A stretch of DNA of 64,000 nucleotides, filler included, from Octopus bimaculoides (taxonomy: Eukaryota), in the NCBI RefSeq assembly GCF_001194135.2. It is 5 parts of 5 records of this genome, joined end to end, with 100 filler letters (N's around TTAATTAATTAA, not from the genome) between each part and the next. Parts side by side here need not be neighbours in the genome. Positions count along the whole stretch, not along the records: positions 41,814 to 51,680 come from NC_069004.1; positions 51,781 to 62,095 come from NC_068991.1; positions 62,196 to 64,000 come from NW_026384360.1; 2 more parts are not named here. One strand, written 5' to 3'. Both the position numbers and the translations under genes were made by a program. Position 1 is the first letter of the stretch. The number at the start of each line of letters is the position of its first letter. Below the pieces are notes generated by a model. That model did no database searches and was not told the origin of the DNA. It was given only the letters and a program-made list of their open reading frames with translations. Positions 50,906-63,965 of the stretch are shown here, piece after piece.

Positions 50906-51780
50906 CGGTTGTACATGTAATATATGATTTGATATAATTCAATTTGACGATTAAGGATTTAAATTTGATTGTATAACTTACTTTCAAAACATAAAGCGTT
51001 GTATTCGCTAACGGTTGGGTGGTGTATAAATTGAACAGTAAAATATAAATATATTATGTTATATAATATCGAAAAAAACCTCGAGTGAAGAAGGGTGTAA
51101 TGCATATCCAGAAGAGATTAATTAATAATTAATAATTAATAGAGGCGTAAGGTGGTTTTTATAAATTAAAAAATATTTATAAAATATATATGCGTGTGTG
51201 CGTCTGTGATTAAGTGTGTGTGCATGTGTGTTTATGTATGTGTGCGTGTGTGTTTATGTATGTGTGCGTCCGTGTTTAAACATTTGTTCGGAAAATACAG
51301 TGTACATTTAAACCATTGGTTCGGAAAATAGATGGTAAATGTTTTTAATTTTCATTCTCTTTCGAAATTATCCCTAATTCTGGTGTGGAGTTCTGACTGC
51401 TCCTTCCAGCAGAGTACAGATTATATGTTTGTATGTTTCTCTCTAGCTGTTCTTTGTTCTATAAATTATTTGGTTAGTATATAGGGATTTTGAACTTCCT
51501 GCTTTCTTGAGGTAAAGGTTGATTGGTGTGTGTTTATAACATGTCTTCAAATCCTCTTCTAAATACATGCTAAAGTGGGTCAGATATAGAAAGTGTGTAT
51601 ATAATGAATTCATGTACACGAGAAATAAGTTTTTTGCTAGGTTTTTGATAATGCTTTTGGGGCTGGTTGGATATATATATNNNNNNNNNNNNNNNNNNNN
51701 NNNNNNNNNNNNNNNNNNNNNNNNTTAATTAATTAANNNNNNNNNNNNNNNNNNNNNNNNNNNNNNNNNNNNNNNNNNNN

Positions 51781-52042
51781 ATTCAGGGGCCCACAGCTTT
51801 TTAATATTCTCCCAAAGAGCCTGAGGAATCTGCACAAAGTAGATGTAGGAGTTTTTAAATCAAAGCTGGACCTCTTCCTATCGAGAGTCCCAGATGAACC
51901 TACCTCGTGGCAGGAGGTGCAAATGAGAGTTGCTAAATCAAACTCCATTCTTCACCAAGTGCCACATATTGTAAGAGGCTCCCTGTAATAACAGTGCATC
52001 AGCATGGCCACAGCTCTGAGCTGAAACTTTGAAATGAAATGA

Positions 52043-52045
<3 letters not shown>
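51781..52045 (+). mobile_element. CR1/L2-group LINE 3' end with 3' UTR and (GAAAT)n tail
   Basis: [60 protein letters not shown]; same family as 21325-21763. Confidence 0.85.
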
Positions 52046-52080
<35 letters not shown>

Positions 52081-52303
52081 TATATATATACATATATATA
52101 TGCATATATATGCATGTATATATGTATGTATATGCATATATATATGCATATATGTATGTTTATATGCATATATATGTATGCATATATATATGCATATATA
52201 TATGCACATATATATATGCATATATATATATGCACATATATATATGCATATATATATGCATATATATGCAGACACACACATATATATATGTATATATATA
52301 TAT
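52046..52303. repeat. Compound (TA)n/(TATGCA) microsatellite
   Basis: Direct reading. Confidence 0.9.
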
Positions 52304-52500
52304 TAAAAGTCAGAAAGAAGAGGTAAAACTCTTCAAAGCCAAGCATTTCTCACTATATGTAAACATGTGCAGAGACTAGCAAATATACTAAAAAAACATG
52401 AAATTAAATATACATCTGGCCAAAGAGTGACGTATGGTTTTGTATCCCTAAAGTGCTTAACTTTATAGATAAATCGCCAGACTCTACTGCCATCAACCAT

Positions 52501-52562
52501 TAGAGTCTGATTAGATTAATAAATCTAAGTGCCTTATGGATGCGAAACCATTGGTCACTCTA
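52501..52562 (+). ncRNA. Degenerate type I hammerhead ribozyme
   Basis: TAGAGT-CTGATTA-g...c-GAAA-CCATTGGT-C-ACTCTA. 6-bp stem I, ACCA/UGGU stem III, GUC site at 52554-52556; G8 changed to U and stem II carries an insertion. Confidence 0.6.
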
Positions 52563-52658
52563 TGACTGGACATATATTTAACTTCATGTAAATACATAAG
52601 TGATCTAACCTTTAGAGTGTGCTTCTTTTTCGGATATATAATCCACTGATGATCTAAC

Positions 52659-52689
<31 letters not shown>

Positions 52690-52788
52690 CTGTGTGTGTG
52701 TGTGTGTGTGTATGTGTGTATTACACACATTACGCAAATGCCATAAACACAGACATGAAGTTTGCTGCAGATGAAGACCAGAAGATTT

Positions 52789-52819
<31 letters not shown>

Positions 52820-53402
52820 TATACACCACTTAGATATAAACATTAATAACCCTTTTCATGTCTGATGGTGTATTCAATAAAATTCAACTTATGTTTTTCT
52901 ATTAATATTAACATAATAGAATCTCCAAAAATGCACACACTCAAACACACATTTACATATGCTCATATAGATAGATAGATAGACAGACAGACAGATTTTT
53001 GGTATCTGGTTGGAGTAAGAGTAGTAAGATTTAAATCGTCTTAATTATCAATAATTTGGTGAAGAATTTCCCAAATATTAAATTGTTGTTGCTTATTTCA
53101 TGGCTTATTCATTATTATCTTTTTTACTATTCAACCAATGTTGAAAACTTTCATAGAAGTTCAGAAAAAACTGATAAATATAGCTATTACACTATTATGG
53201 CATTATATTGTAGATATGAGTGTGTATGTTACAGACACACACACACACACACACATGTACTCACACATATATCTACCTCTCTATCTATCTGTATNNNNNN
53301 NNNNNNNNNNNNNNNNNNNNNNNNNNNNNNNNNNNNNNNNNNNNNNNNNNNNNNNNNNNNNNNNNNNNNNNNNNNNNNNNNNNNNNNNNNNNNNNNNNNN
53401 NN

Positions 53403-54613
53403 CTTCAATGGCATGAACTAAAAATTGGAGGGGTGAGATAAACTACCTGCTTCAACTTGCTATAAAAGCAGGTAATAATTTTACCTTGTTCTTATTCTTT
53501 GTGCAAGTTTTGAAGGGTGCAGTTCAATTTGAACAGTTATTTTGTCAAAGCTATAATGGAAGTGGCAAAGGAGCATATTTGGCAACAATGCAACGGAAAG
53601 TGCAAGGAATATTAATGCAGTATATGGGGATCAGACAATATGTGTAAGCCAGTGTCAACGGTGGTTCCAGAAATTCTGAGCCAGAAACTACAGAAGACAA
53701 GCTGGAAGATTTGTAGAGCTCAATGAGGATGTCCTGCAAACCCTGGTGGAACAAAGTCCCATCATAACAGTTGAGGAACCAGCAGAAAAGCTGGGATTTG
53801 GTCATTCAACCATTCATCGACACCTGCATGCCATCGGAAAAATCAGCAAATTGGGTCAATTGGTTCCTCACAAACTTTTCAAGTCTAATTGTGTGCAGTG
53901 AATATGTGCTCTTCTTTACTGTCACATCTCATGAATGGACCTTTTTTGGACTGAATAGTGATTGGTGACAAGAAATGGGTTCGCTATAAAAATGTCAAGT
54001 GTCAAAGGCAGTGGGTAGGGAAAGGAGAAACACAAGCACCCCAAGCTAAAGGTCTTCACCCACTTAAGGTGTTGTTATCTGTTTGGTGGGATATGAAAGA
54101 TTTAGTCCACTTTGAACTTTTAAACCCAAACCAAACAATAACAAAGGAGATCTAGTGCAAGCAGCTTCAGTGGCTTAAGTCAGCACGAAAAGTAAAACAA
54201 CCATCTTTGGTTTCAGGACGAAAGGTGTTCTTCCATCAGGATAATGGTTGGTCACATACAGCGAGGATGACATTCTAAAGGCTGGAGCAGTTTGAATGGG
54301 AAATGACTCCCCACCCACCATATTCACCAGACATTGCCCCGTCTGATTATCACTTATTCCGCAGTCTTCCAAATCGTTTGGACGGAAAAAATATGAATTC
54401 TGTAGACGAGGTCAGAACAGTACTGGAGGAGTATTTTTCATCACAGACACGTAAATTTTGGAAGAGGGACCTTGCAATCTACCAGATAGATGGAAAAGCA
54501 TTGCAGAAAATGAAGGAGAGTATATTTTAGATTAAAAAAGAACTTTGTTTAGCTTAATTTTGAAAAATAAAAGAAGTATAAAAGAACCGCATTATTTATG
54601 GGATGACCCAATA
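53403..54613 (+). mobile_element. mariner transposon, nearly complete, transposase pseudogene (about 53556-54535)
   Basis: MEVAKEHI start, LVPHKL, IGDKKW, KVLLSVWWD, FHQDN, PHPPYSPDIAPSDYHLFRSL; right TIR cattatttatgggatgacccaaTA; left TIR lost in a gap. Confidence 0.95.
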
Positions 54614-56807
54614 TATAGACATACATATGTGTATGTATATGTATATACATATATGTATACACGTATATATATGTACACATACATGCATATAGTAATAACT
54701 TTTAATTCATGTATAGTTCATTTCACAACTAAAATTATTTTAAGAACTGTTTATTATTTTTAAGATTATTATTATTATTATTATCATTAAATTTCAAATA
54801 ATTTCACACTTTTTATGACGGCGAACTTAAAAGAAATTCTGATATTTGAAAAAAACTTGAACTCTCAATTTCACCAGTGGTCATCTTCAGTGGTAATGTT
54901 TAAAAAAGTGTAATACAAGTACTGGGATATATACATTCATTTACAATGATTCATGAGCATAAAATAATGACTGAAGTAATCATAAGCTCTCAAATAGTTA
55001 CCAACATTTTTTTTATTGCTAACTCAAAGTAACCAGCCTCTAATTGGTTAATAAAGGTTAATGGTTAAGAATTTAACCACTGTGCATATATTTACACACA
55101 TACATAGATGTATAACACCAAAACTTTCGATTATCTCCAAATTATCACAATTAGTTTCAGGGATTAAAAATACTGATTTAACCAAGTCTATAACGTTATG
55201 TCAAAGAAGGTGGTGGTAATAGGAACGGGGGGGGGGGGTTAATTCCCAAGGTAACCATCCACTACTTGAAGTAAGTGTAAATAACTTTTTAAAAGTTTCA
55301 ATGAGGAAAGAAGTAGCTTTCTTTTTTTTTTTTCAATTAAAAAGGAAAAGGTAGAAGCAGTTTTAGATGTAATATCTAGGTGGGAAAAATTAATTTTAGT
55401 CATATGAACTTTAAAACTTTATACAAGGATGTAACATATGATTCAGTATAAGAACTTAATACAATGTATAGCATGTCCAAAACCTTATATATGCAAGGCT
55501 ACATTGAGTTAAAGTACAAGATTCAAGATAAAATCTCAGTTCCAAACCATTTTGCAGAAATGTTAGACCCTTAACAAAAAGATCACTAAAATTATACAAT
55601 GTGAAATAAAGACAAAAACGCCTTTAAAAAAATAAAGTAGAAAAGTCTGATATAAAAATATACAAAACTGAATAAAAAGGAAATTCAACAGAAAGAAATA
55701 TAAAATTTAGCCAACCAAATCTAAAATTCAGATTCAAAAGAAATGAAATATCTGATGGAAAAAAATCCACACCCCTACCCCTCACCTACATAGATCTTGT
55801 CATGCATCACAACCTACACAGGAAAATCCAAAGATTTTGTTACCATTTTGAATTCATTTTTGATATACTAGTAGATGATGGGTAGCACTTGATTTGAATC
55901 TTTCTTCACACAATGGTTATACAACCAGATCTTCTCAATATTTCTAGTGACTCAATTATGGGATAAGATTTAAAGATTTGGAGCAAATGGAATAAATAGA
56001 CTTATATTTCTTACTTAGATGTAAGAGTAAAGTTTGAACTCATGAGAGATGGTTGTTGGCAACCAACAACTACAACTTTATACCAGTTGTGCTTCACCTT
56101 ACAATGCCATCTCTCACTCTCTATGTATCATACACAGACAAATAAATATTGCTATTAGTATCACAAATATTTCAATGTTGGATTTTTTCCATACAGGTAT
56201 AGGTTGGCTAAGTCTACCACAGTATATTGCTATCAGTCTTGGTCTTTTGGCAGTTCATCTATGAGGATCAGTACATTGAGATTTTATTCTACCATTTCTT
56301 CCAATATCTTAATGACCATCCACCCTTTGATTAAGGGTTGAAAGAAAAACTGAGAATTATAGAAAGATAGAAAGAAAGGATTTTTGAACATGACTAGAAG
56401 TGTATGACTTTTTTTTTGTTTGTTTACAGACCTCTGCACTATTTTATATTTTTTCTTTGTGTAATAAATATTTATTTATCTTCTCACTGTCAAAGCAGAC
56501 CACTTGTTTCTGATAACACTCAAAGAAAGGATGAATGGAACAGATTATCCAATCACACATCTAATGTATTAGAAAGAAATTACAACTATATTATAACTAA
56601 CAGCCCATCTTTATGTTTGTTACTGTAATCCAGAAATAATACATATTATAAAAATTAAAAATTTTGTTCAAGAATAGATTTTTACAGACTCACCTTTAAA
56701 ACCACTCACTTTTTTGTTTTGGATAACATTTATTTATAGCCAAATATCTTTATCAAATTTCCCTTCATACAGATTTGTTAGCTTCCAGCAAATTCTCACC
56801 AATTAAC

Positions 56808-56922
56808 GGCTTTGTGGTTAAGAAGTTTACTTTGAAAGCCCACTGCTTGACATCTTATGTAAGTGACTTTTAATAGAGCCTTGTGAGTGAAAGTGACAAA
56901 TGAAAACTACAGAAAACCAATT
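56808..56922 (+). mobile_element. SINE family A, 5' half (degenerate)
   Basis: ggctttgtggttaagaagtttact...gagccttgtgagtgaaagtgacaaatgaaaactacagaaaacc. Confidence 0.6.
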
Positions 56923-58412
56923 NNNNNNNNNNNNNNNNNNNNNNNNNNNNNNNNNNNNNNNNNNNNNNNNNNNNNNNNNNNNNNNNNNNNNNNNNNNNNN
57001 NNNNNNNNNNNNNNNNNNNNNNNNNNNNNNNNNNNNNNNNNNNNNNNNNNNNNNNNNNNNNNNNNNNNNNNNNNNNNNNNNNNNNNNNNNNNNNNNNNNN
57101 NNNNNNNNNNNNNNNNNNNNNNNNNNNNNNNNNNNNNNNNNNNNNNNNNNNNNNNNNNNNNNNNNNNNNNNNNNNNNNNNNNNNNNNNNNNNNNNNNNNN
57201 NNNNNNNNNNNNNNNNNNNNNNNNNNNNNNNNNNNNNNNNNNNNNNNNNNNNNNNNNNNNNNNNNNNNNNNNNNNNNNNNNNNNNNNNNNNNNNNNNNNN
57301 NNNNNNNNNNNNNNNNNNNNNNNNNNNNNNNNNNNNNNNNNNNNNNNNNNNNNNNNNNNNNNNNNNNNNNNNNNNNNNNNNNNNNNNNNNNNNNNNNNNN
57401 NNNNNNNNNNNNNNNNNNNNNNNNNNNNNNNNNNNNNNNNNNNNNNNNNNNNNNNNNNNNNNNNNNNNNNNNNNNNNNNNNNNNNNNNNNNNNNNNNNNN
57501 NNNNNNNNNNNNNNNNNNNNNNNNNNNNNNNNNNNNNNNNNNNNNNNNNNNNNNNNNNNNNNNNNNNNNNNNNNNNNNNNNNNNNNNNNNNNNNNNNNNN
57601 NNNNNNNNNNNNNCATGTGAGTGAAATGGTGATAAAGTTTACATTTCTTGTTGATGTTACAACCAGTTTCTCTGTTTTTTTAAAGACCTGTCAAATAAAA
57701 AAATCTCTTATTTAAAAAACAGATGAGAGTTTGGTGACAGGAGTACCTAGTCATAAAACCCTGCTTCAAATAAGTCCCCCATCCAAGCAATGATAGCATG
57801 TAAAAAAATGAACAAAGTTTATAATATGGAATAACTGTAAGTTATTGAAAACTGAATTTGAAACCTAGTTTTAAATTTCTGGTTGAAACTGTTTCATTTA
57901 TGACACATGACAATTCTTTTGGAAGAAAGCTGAGATATTAATAACTTTTAAGAAAGAGTTGAGTGTCTGGGAAAACTAGCTTAGGATCAACAACCAGTGC
58001 ATTTTATCCATGACCAAGATATTCAACTATCAACAATTGAATTCAACAATCCATTTAAGAAGCAGCAAAACTATCAAACTGAAGAGAAGTTCATTTTTTT
58101 TTTCAAACATTCCTTTCATATGGATGTTTGATGGGTGGGTTGGCAAAATTCAGAATGCTAGCATTATTTAAAAAAATATAATTATCATAACAAATCAAAA
58201 CAAGAAGCTCAATTTATAATTATTTATAAATATCTCACAGGTAACTATTTTGGGATATTAAAACAAGACTTCAGACAACAAAAGCTTCAGAATTAATGAT
58301 TATACGGTAAATAGTCTCCAAGTAATATATTCTAAAAACAAGAGGAAGTTAAAACAAACTTGCAGGAAAATACTTCAAAATACCCTTGAAGAAATAATAA
58401 TTTAGATTCAAA

Positions 58413-58537
58413 TCAAGCAGTAAATTTAAGATTTCGTAGACTACAAGAGTTGTTAAGCAGATGAGAGATGAATCTTTCAATAGATACATTGCCAGTGTAC
58501 CAAAGGTATATCCCCCCATATGATCTGATGCTTCTCA
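58413..58537 (-). CDS. Candidate exon, unknown gene
   Basis: Strong acceptor tgtgtttatcattctattttgcag, then (V)RSIRSYGGIYLWYTGNVSIERFISHLLNNSCSLRNLKFTA*. Confidence 0.15.
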
Positions 58538-59304
58538 CTGCAAAATAGAATGATAAACACAGAATTAAAATGTCCTGTACAGGACTTACTGAAGGTTTGG
58601 AATACATCATCAAGTGATAGTACAATACATTATACTGAATTTACTTCTATGAAATCAGGAGTTATTTGTAAAAAAAAAAATATGGATGGGAGAGAGATAG
58701 AAATCAAAATTAAGATATTGTAATTTTTTTCTTTAATGTTAACATAAAAATTATTGACTTAAAGATTGCAGAATTTTCTTCTAATACTTTTCATCAACTT
58801 CTGCTAAAAGCTTGTCACATTTTAAAACAAACGAAAGAAAAGAAAAGGAAAACATTTGTGCTACTGTTATTGTTGTTAAATGTGTTTCATAGACCTCAGT
58901 TTAATTATAGGGGAAGTATGGAATAAAGCATTTAACCAAACTTTTTTCATTGTTTCAGCAACTTTTATCTGGTTTTCTCAGTCAGAAAGTAAGGTGTTAA
59001 ACAATTAATCATCAACTAATCCTCATTCATCTTGCTTTTTTGAAGATGCATCTATTAAAAGAAAGAAGAAAAAGAAAGAAAGAAAGCAGAAAGATTAATT
59101 AAATGTTTTTGGCATTTTTTTCTTTTCTTAATTTACTTTTCGTTCAATATTTTCTACCAGAGTTTTTTTTCCTACAAATCAATTCACAGAAGTTTTTATA
59201 CTATACCTTTCATTTTAATTTCTATCTGGAAATAATTTCATTCCTCCTATCATTGAACACATATTTAAGTAATTTCAAATGAAGAAATAGTTGGCCTTAA
59301 AAAT

Positions 59305-59630
59305 CTTGTGATTAAGGATATGAAGACAGGGAAAGTCCCTCATCCATCAGGAATTACTACTGAGATGCTTAAAATATCTGGTGGAGTAGGATAAGACCTA
59401 GTCCCCTATATAGTTGACCAAGTTGTCCAGGAAGGTATCATGCACAACAGCTGGTGTAGCAGCATTATAGTCAACTGCTACAAAGGTAAGAGAGATGCTT
59501 TAGACAAATTACTATAGAAGTACCAAATTGCTGGACCAAGTCATGAAAGTTACAAAAAGGCTCATAGTTCAACTGATTAGGTAGAGAGTTAACCTAGATG
59601 AGATGCAAGTTTTATGACAGGGAGAAGTTT
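59305..59630 (+). mobile_element. RTE-clade LINE RT fragment
   Basis: IKDMKTGKVPHPSGITTEMLK...SWCSSIIVNCYKGKRDALD..NYYRSTKLLDQVMKV...RVNLDEMQ. Confidence 0.85.
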
Positions 59631-60299
59631 TTAAAAAAGGTGAGAAAATGGGAAGAAATGGAATATAGTATCACTGGATCCATTGACTTTAGGAATAATT
59701 CATTTGAACAAAATATGAGATAGGTGACAATTAATGAAGTCAAGAAAGCAGAAGACAACCAAATGATATACAAAATGCTTTTTAAAAAAGTTGAGAATTA
59801 TCTTTACTTTGATGGGCCATATAAAATACCAATATGATGAAAATATTTCTTGTAATGTCAAATAAATCACTCACCAATGTGAATAACATGGTAACATTAA
59901 ACAATATCAAATTTAAAATCTCAAACCTCTTTAATAAACATAAGATCTGAACTGACAAAGTCCTATATAAATTCCATTTAATTTCCAATACAAATTACAG
60001 CTTTTGTTATTAAATATATCTTATATGGCATTGCTATGCTCAAACACTTCCAGTACATAAGTCCAATGCCTGTATTCTTCTTAATGATCTTGTGCTTAAT
60101 ACATGTTTGATTACTAGCTTAAACTGCTTTACCTATATTCCTAATGCCATTAAGAAAAGACTGAATCTGAAAAACCTCACATTCCTTCAAATACTTTAAA
60201 GTGTTATGCTCATGCAATACATACATACATTATATATATTGCCTAATCCCTCTTCTATTCTCCTATAATTATACTTTGAAAGTTACAAAGTAATCATCA

Positions 60300-60410
60300 C
60301 TACTAGTGGTGCTATGAGAAAAGCACCCACTACACTCTAAAGTCCATTGGTGCTATGAAGGGCATCTAACCATGCAAACTATGCCAAAGTAGACATTGGT
60401 ACATGAAAGT
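60300..60410 (+). mobile_element. SINE family C fragment (V-domain-like)
   Basis: tagtggtgctatgagaaaagcaccc...tggtgctatgaagggcatctaaccatgcaaactatgccaaagtagacattgg. Confidence 0.6.
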
Positions 60411-60479
60411 CTCAAACTTGTTATACCCTATCAAACCATCCAACACATGGAAGAGGAATGTATGATGACGATGATTATA

Positions 60480-60587
60480 TTCTTTTATTCTTTTATTTGT
60501 TTCAGTCATTTGACTGTGGTCATACTGGAGCACCACCTTTAGCCAAAGAAATCGACCCCAAGATTTATTCTTTGTAAACCTAGTACT

Positions 60588-60590
<3 letters not shown>
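60480..60590 (-). mobile_element. SINE family A 3' tail
   Basis: ttcttttatttgtttcagtcatttgactgtggtcatactggagcaccacctttag...aaatcgacccca. Confidence 0.85.
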
Positions 60591-60628
<38 letters not shown>

Positions 60629-60690
60629 TATATATATACACACACATATATATACATACACACACACACACATATATATAAATATATATA

Positions 60691-61280
60691 CACACAAGGG
60701 TTGGACAAAATAATGGAAACACCTTAAAATTTCAAACAAATTTATTTTAATATGGGGTAGAACTGCCTTTAGCAGTAATTACAGCTTGAATTCTATGAGG
60801 TGTGGACTCATACAAAGTTTGAATTGTTTCCAAAGTAATTTTTGTCCATTCTTCAGCTAAAACAGTCTCCAGTTCTTGTAGTGACAATAGTGGAGGATAT
60901 CAACTTCTTACTTGTTTTTCTAAAATGCACCATAAATGTTCTCTAATATTGAGATCTGGGGACTGTGGTGGCCAGATAAGATGTTCAACTTCACTAGAAT
61001 GTTCCTCGTGCCATTCAGTAACAACTTTAACCGTGCGAATTGGTGCATTATCATCCTGAAAGATTGTCTTTCCCTCCAGAAACAGTTTGCAACAATAGGA
61101 TGAATTTGATCAGATAAAATGCTTAAATAGTCTTGACTATCAATTCTGCCATAAAGGGAAACCATTGGGCCTGTGAAATCCAGCTTTGTGCAGCTCCTGG
61201 CAAACAGTTTTTGTGGAAAGTGGTTTCTTGAGGTGGTCATTAAGCTCTGCAGTAATTTTGGGAGCTGTACTTGGCTCTCA
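60691..61280 (-). mobile_element. Internally deleted Tc1 transposon relic
   Basis: TAPKITAELNDHLKKPLSTKTVCQELHKAGFH fused to PMVSLYGRID..., then FQDDNAPIRT and PPQSPDLNIREHLW; TIR caagggttggacaaaataatggaaacacc. Confidence 0.9.
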
Positions 61281-61785
61281 TGGCTTTTGATCTTAACTGA
61301 CTGGAAGTGTTATCATGTACATTGTATTGCCTTGGTATAAAAGATGGATTACAGCAAATATTCTGCTCAATACCACAGATTTGCTTGTCAGTTGTTTGAC
61401 CGTAACCAGTTGAACATGTCCCTTAGTTGCTGATGATATGTGCATCTCTGATCACAAACAGAAGTAGTGGGGAGCATCATAGTCGTGTTGAGAAAGATTC
61501 TTTGAGGTTTGAATAATTCACCTCTGGAAACATGGGTATTTTGTTCATTATCCTTAAAACAACCCTTATTCAGGGTTGTTTTAAGCAGGATGGGCAACTC
61601 AAGAAAATTGAAGAAAATTCTAACTGGGCCCCACTTGCAAGGTCACACACTGTTTATCTTGATATGAGATGACCATATCATGCACATGTGGTTGTGATGC
61701 ATATGTCTGGTGTACACTTATCAGACAGCTAGTCATGATGGGTATATTGAGCTTCGTATATTTGTACCCCCAGTGTCACTCACTC

Positions 61786-61820
<35 letters not shown>

Positions 61821-61833
61821 TAATAATAATAAT

Positions 61834-62095
61834 AAATCAGAAACAGAGGGGTTTATCATAGCAGCCCAAGATCAATGCCTACCTACAAAGAACTACCAGG
61901 CCAACATATTAAAGAACGGCAGCTCCCCATTATGTCGTATATGCCAACAACAAAATGAGACCATCGATCATGTTGTCTCCATGTGCAGTCTGCTTGCGCC
62001 TACAGAGTATCTCAACAGGCATGATAGAGCTGCACAATATATTCACTGGGTAATATGCAAAAACCTGGACTTGCCCCATGATAAAAACTGGTGGG
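61834..62095 (+). mobile_element. 5'-truncated R4/Dong-type LINE (CCHC region)
   Basis: KSETEGFIIAAQDQCLPTKNY...CRICQQQNETIDHVVSMC...RHDRAAQYIHW; starts directly after (AAT)n at 61786-61833. Confidence 0.9.
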
Positions 62096-62195
62096 NNNNN
62101 NNNNNNNNNNNNNNNNNNNNNNNNNNNNNNNNNNNNNNNTTAATTAATTAANNNNNNNNNNNNNNNNNNNNNNNNNNNNNNNNNNNNNNNNNNNN

Positions 62196-62232
<37 letters not shown>

Positions 62233-62469
62233 TGTATGTAGATATGCAAATACAAATGTGTATAAATGTATGCATGTATGTATGTATGTATGTATCTATC
62301 TATCTGTCGTCTGTCTGTCTGTCTGTCTCTCTGTCTGTCCGTCTGTCCGTCTGTTTGCCTGCCTGTCTGTCTGTCTGTCTACTTATCAGTAGATGTATGT
62401 GTTTGTGTATGTAGATATTTTGTTATTTCTTTGTAATAATGTAATAATATTAATATCATACATTGTGTA

Positions 62470-62630
62470 TCCGGCGTGGCTTTGTATTAAGTAGTTTGCT
62501 TCCTAACCGTATGGTTCTGGCTTCTGTCCCATTGCATCTCACCTTGGACAAGTGTCTTTTACTTTTATTTTCATTCATATATAACCTTGTGATTGGATTT
62601 GGTAGATGGAAACTCAAAGAAGGCAGTAGT
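62470..62630 (+). mobile_element. SINE family A, 5' half
   Basis: ggcgtggctttgtattaagtagtttgcttcctaacc...caccttggacaagtgtc...ggatttggtagatggaaactcaaagaagg. Confidence 0.8.
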
Positions 62631-62699
62631 ATATATCTATACAAATCTATGTGTATGTGTGTGTGTGTGAGTCATCTCTATTTAATATTAGTCGAGATA

Positions 62700-62905
62700 A
62701 AGGCACTGAGCTGGCAGAACTGTTAGAACGCTGGGTGAAATGCTTACAGGCATTTTGTTCATCTTTACGTTCTCAGTTCAAATTCTGTCGAGGCTGATTT
62801 TGCCTTTCAGGATCGATGAAACAATAACTAGTTGAGCACTGGCTGCGATGTAATCGACTTACCAATTCCCCCCAGATTGCCAGCCTTGTGCCAAAATTTG
62901 GAATC
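62700..62905 (+). mobile_element. SINE family B
   Basis: gagctggcagaactgttagaacgctgggtgaaatgctt...gttcaaattctgtcgagg...gatgtaatcgactt. Confidence 0.85.
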
Positions 62906-62954
62906 AATACAAGCCAATATAAATGTTGGTTGGTTGGTTTCTCTTGTCACACTT

Positions 62955-63000
<46 letters not shown>

Positions 63001-63899
63001 NNNNNNNNNNNNNNNNNNNNNNNNNNNNNNNNNNNNNNNNNNNNNNNNNNNNNNNNNNNNNNNNNNNNNNNNNNNNNNNNNNNNNNNNNNNNNNNNNNNN
63101 NNNNNNNNNNNNNNNNNNNNNNNNNNNNNNNNNNNNNNNNNNNNNNNNNNNNNNNNNNNNNNNNNNNNNNNNNNNNNNNNNNNNNNNNNNNNNNNNNNNN
63201 NNNNNNNNNNNNNNNNNNNNNNNNNNNNNNNNNNNNNNNNNNNNNNNNNNNNNNNNNNNNNNNNNNNNNNNNNNNNNNNNNNNNNNNNNNNNNNNNNNNN
63301 NNNNNNNNNNNNNNNNNNNNNNNNNNNNNNNNNNNNNNNNNNNNNNNNNNNNNNNNNNNNNNNNNNNNNNNNNNNNNNNNNNNNNNNNNNNNNNNNNNNN
63401 NNNNNNNNNNNNNNNNNNNNNNNNNNNNNNNNNNNNNNNNNNNNNNNNNNNNNNNNNNNNNATATATATGTGCATATACATGTGCCTGTATATGTGTGCA
63501 TATATATATATATATATATATTTGTATTTCACAGAGTGAGTGTGTGTGTGTGTGTGTGTCTGTGTGTGTGTGTGTGTCTCTGTGTGTGTGTGTGTGAACT
63601 TCTATGATATAAATTCTTCGAGAGAATAATTTTGTTTATATTTATTTTCAGACTTTTTAAATAGTTTTATTTGATTTTTTTATGGTAATAAATATTTTTC
63701 TTTTGAAACTTATTATTCATTTCATCATTTTGTATAAGCGCTGTGGTATTTGACAAAAGTTAAATCGTAATTATTGTTTGTATGCCAAATTTCTGGATAT
63801 TACCCATGGTATAAAAAGTATACTCTCAAAGTTATCCGTCACATGATGAAAAACACTCTAGATGGATAGACGAATGGTTCTGCATGTATAAATAGTTAG

Positions 63900-63965
63900 A
63901 CAAACAAATAGATAGATACATACACAGGCAGATCGATAGATAGATAGATAGATCTATCTATCTAC

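Noticed and set aside
53556-54535. Functional or domesticated mariner transposase (SETMAR-like)
   Set aside because: Multiple frameshifts and stops; no SET domain exon nearby.
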